From: Octopus bimaculoides
Taxonomy: Eukaryota
Length of the DNA stretch: 44,709 nucleotides
NCBI RefSeq assembly: GCF_001194135.2
Contig: NC_068983.1
Location: 43,227,417 to 43,272,125 of the forward strand
Direction: 5' to 3'
The notes beneath the pieces are model-generated. The model did not search any database. It saw only the letters and a list, made by a program, of their open reading frames with translations, and was not told the DNA's origin. Made by a program: the position numbers and the translations under genes. Below are positions 44,481-44,709 of the stretch, piece after piece (position 1 is the stretch's first letter; each line of letters starts with the position of its first letter).

Positions 44481-44709
44481 TCTTAACGCATTTCTGTTTA
44501 AGATGAAACACATACAGACACACATAAACACACACACACCCGTACCTAACACTCACAATCCCCCACACACACGCACATCCACACATATACACACACACGC
44601 ACACACCCACATACACACACACTTCTCACCAACACTACACACTCACACAGACACGCATACAATCATACACACATGGGCATAAACAACACACGCATATACA
44701 ATAGCAAAC

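Noticed and set aside
41220-44709. 5' exon(s) of the transporter (TM1-TM4)
   Set aside because: I scanned the minus strand for a hydrophobic frame ending in a phase-1 donor after a GR..G.G.G-like motif and found none. The start is probably beyond the window, so no start codon or promoter is called.

Overview
Eukaryotic genomic DNA that is AT-rich, dense in microsatellites and interrupted by several N gaps. The repeat landscape resembles a coleoid cephalopod, probably Octopus; this is inference from recognised repeat types, not a database result. The one host gene I can support is a minus-strand MFS sugar porter of the HMIT/SLC2A13 (H+/myo-inositol cotransporter) type. I reconstructed eight consecutive GT-AG exons by hand (41060-41219, 37761-37951, 27696-27813, 17529-17689, 12657-12771, 8242-8492, 6922-7074, 4285-4445). 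They join in frame over 1310 nt and give about 436 C-terminal residues. The 5' exon(s) were not found and probably lie beyond 44709. Several canonical sugar-binding residues are changed. The introns hold tRNA-derived SINEs, RTE-like LINE copies with a PHD-type finger inside ORF2, Penelope-like (GIY-YIG) fragments, R4/Dong- and HERO-like restriction-like-endonuclease LINE fragments, and hAT, Tc1/mariner and piggyBac-like MITEs. Two observations are the most unusual. First, two unrelated foldback elements (20016-20173 and 42877-43382) each carry a hammerhead-ribozyme-like motif in both arms, one per strand. Second, a ~2.1 kb cryptic 21-nt-period array (about 30380-32521) reads on the minus strand as decayed 7-residue Ser/Thr/Ala-rich repeats. 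Exon, TIR and TSD coordinates were counted by hand; the edges of old repeats are approximate.
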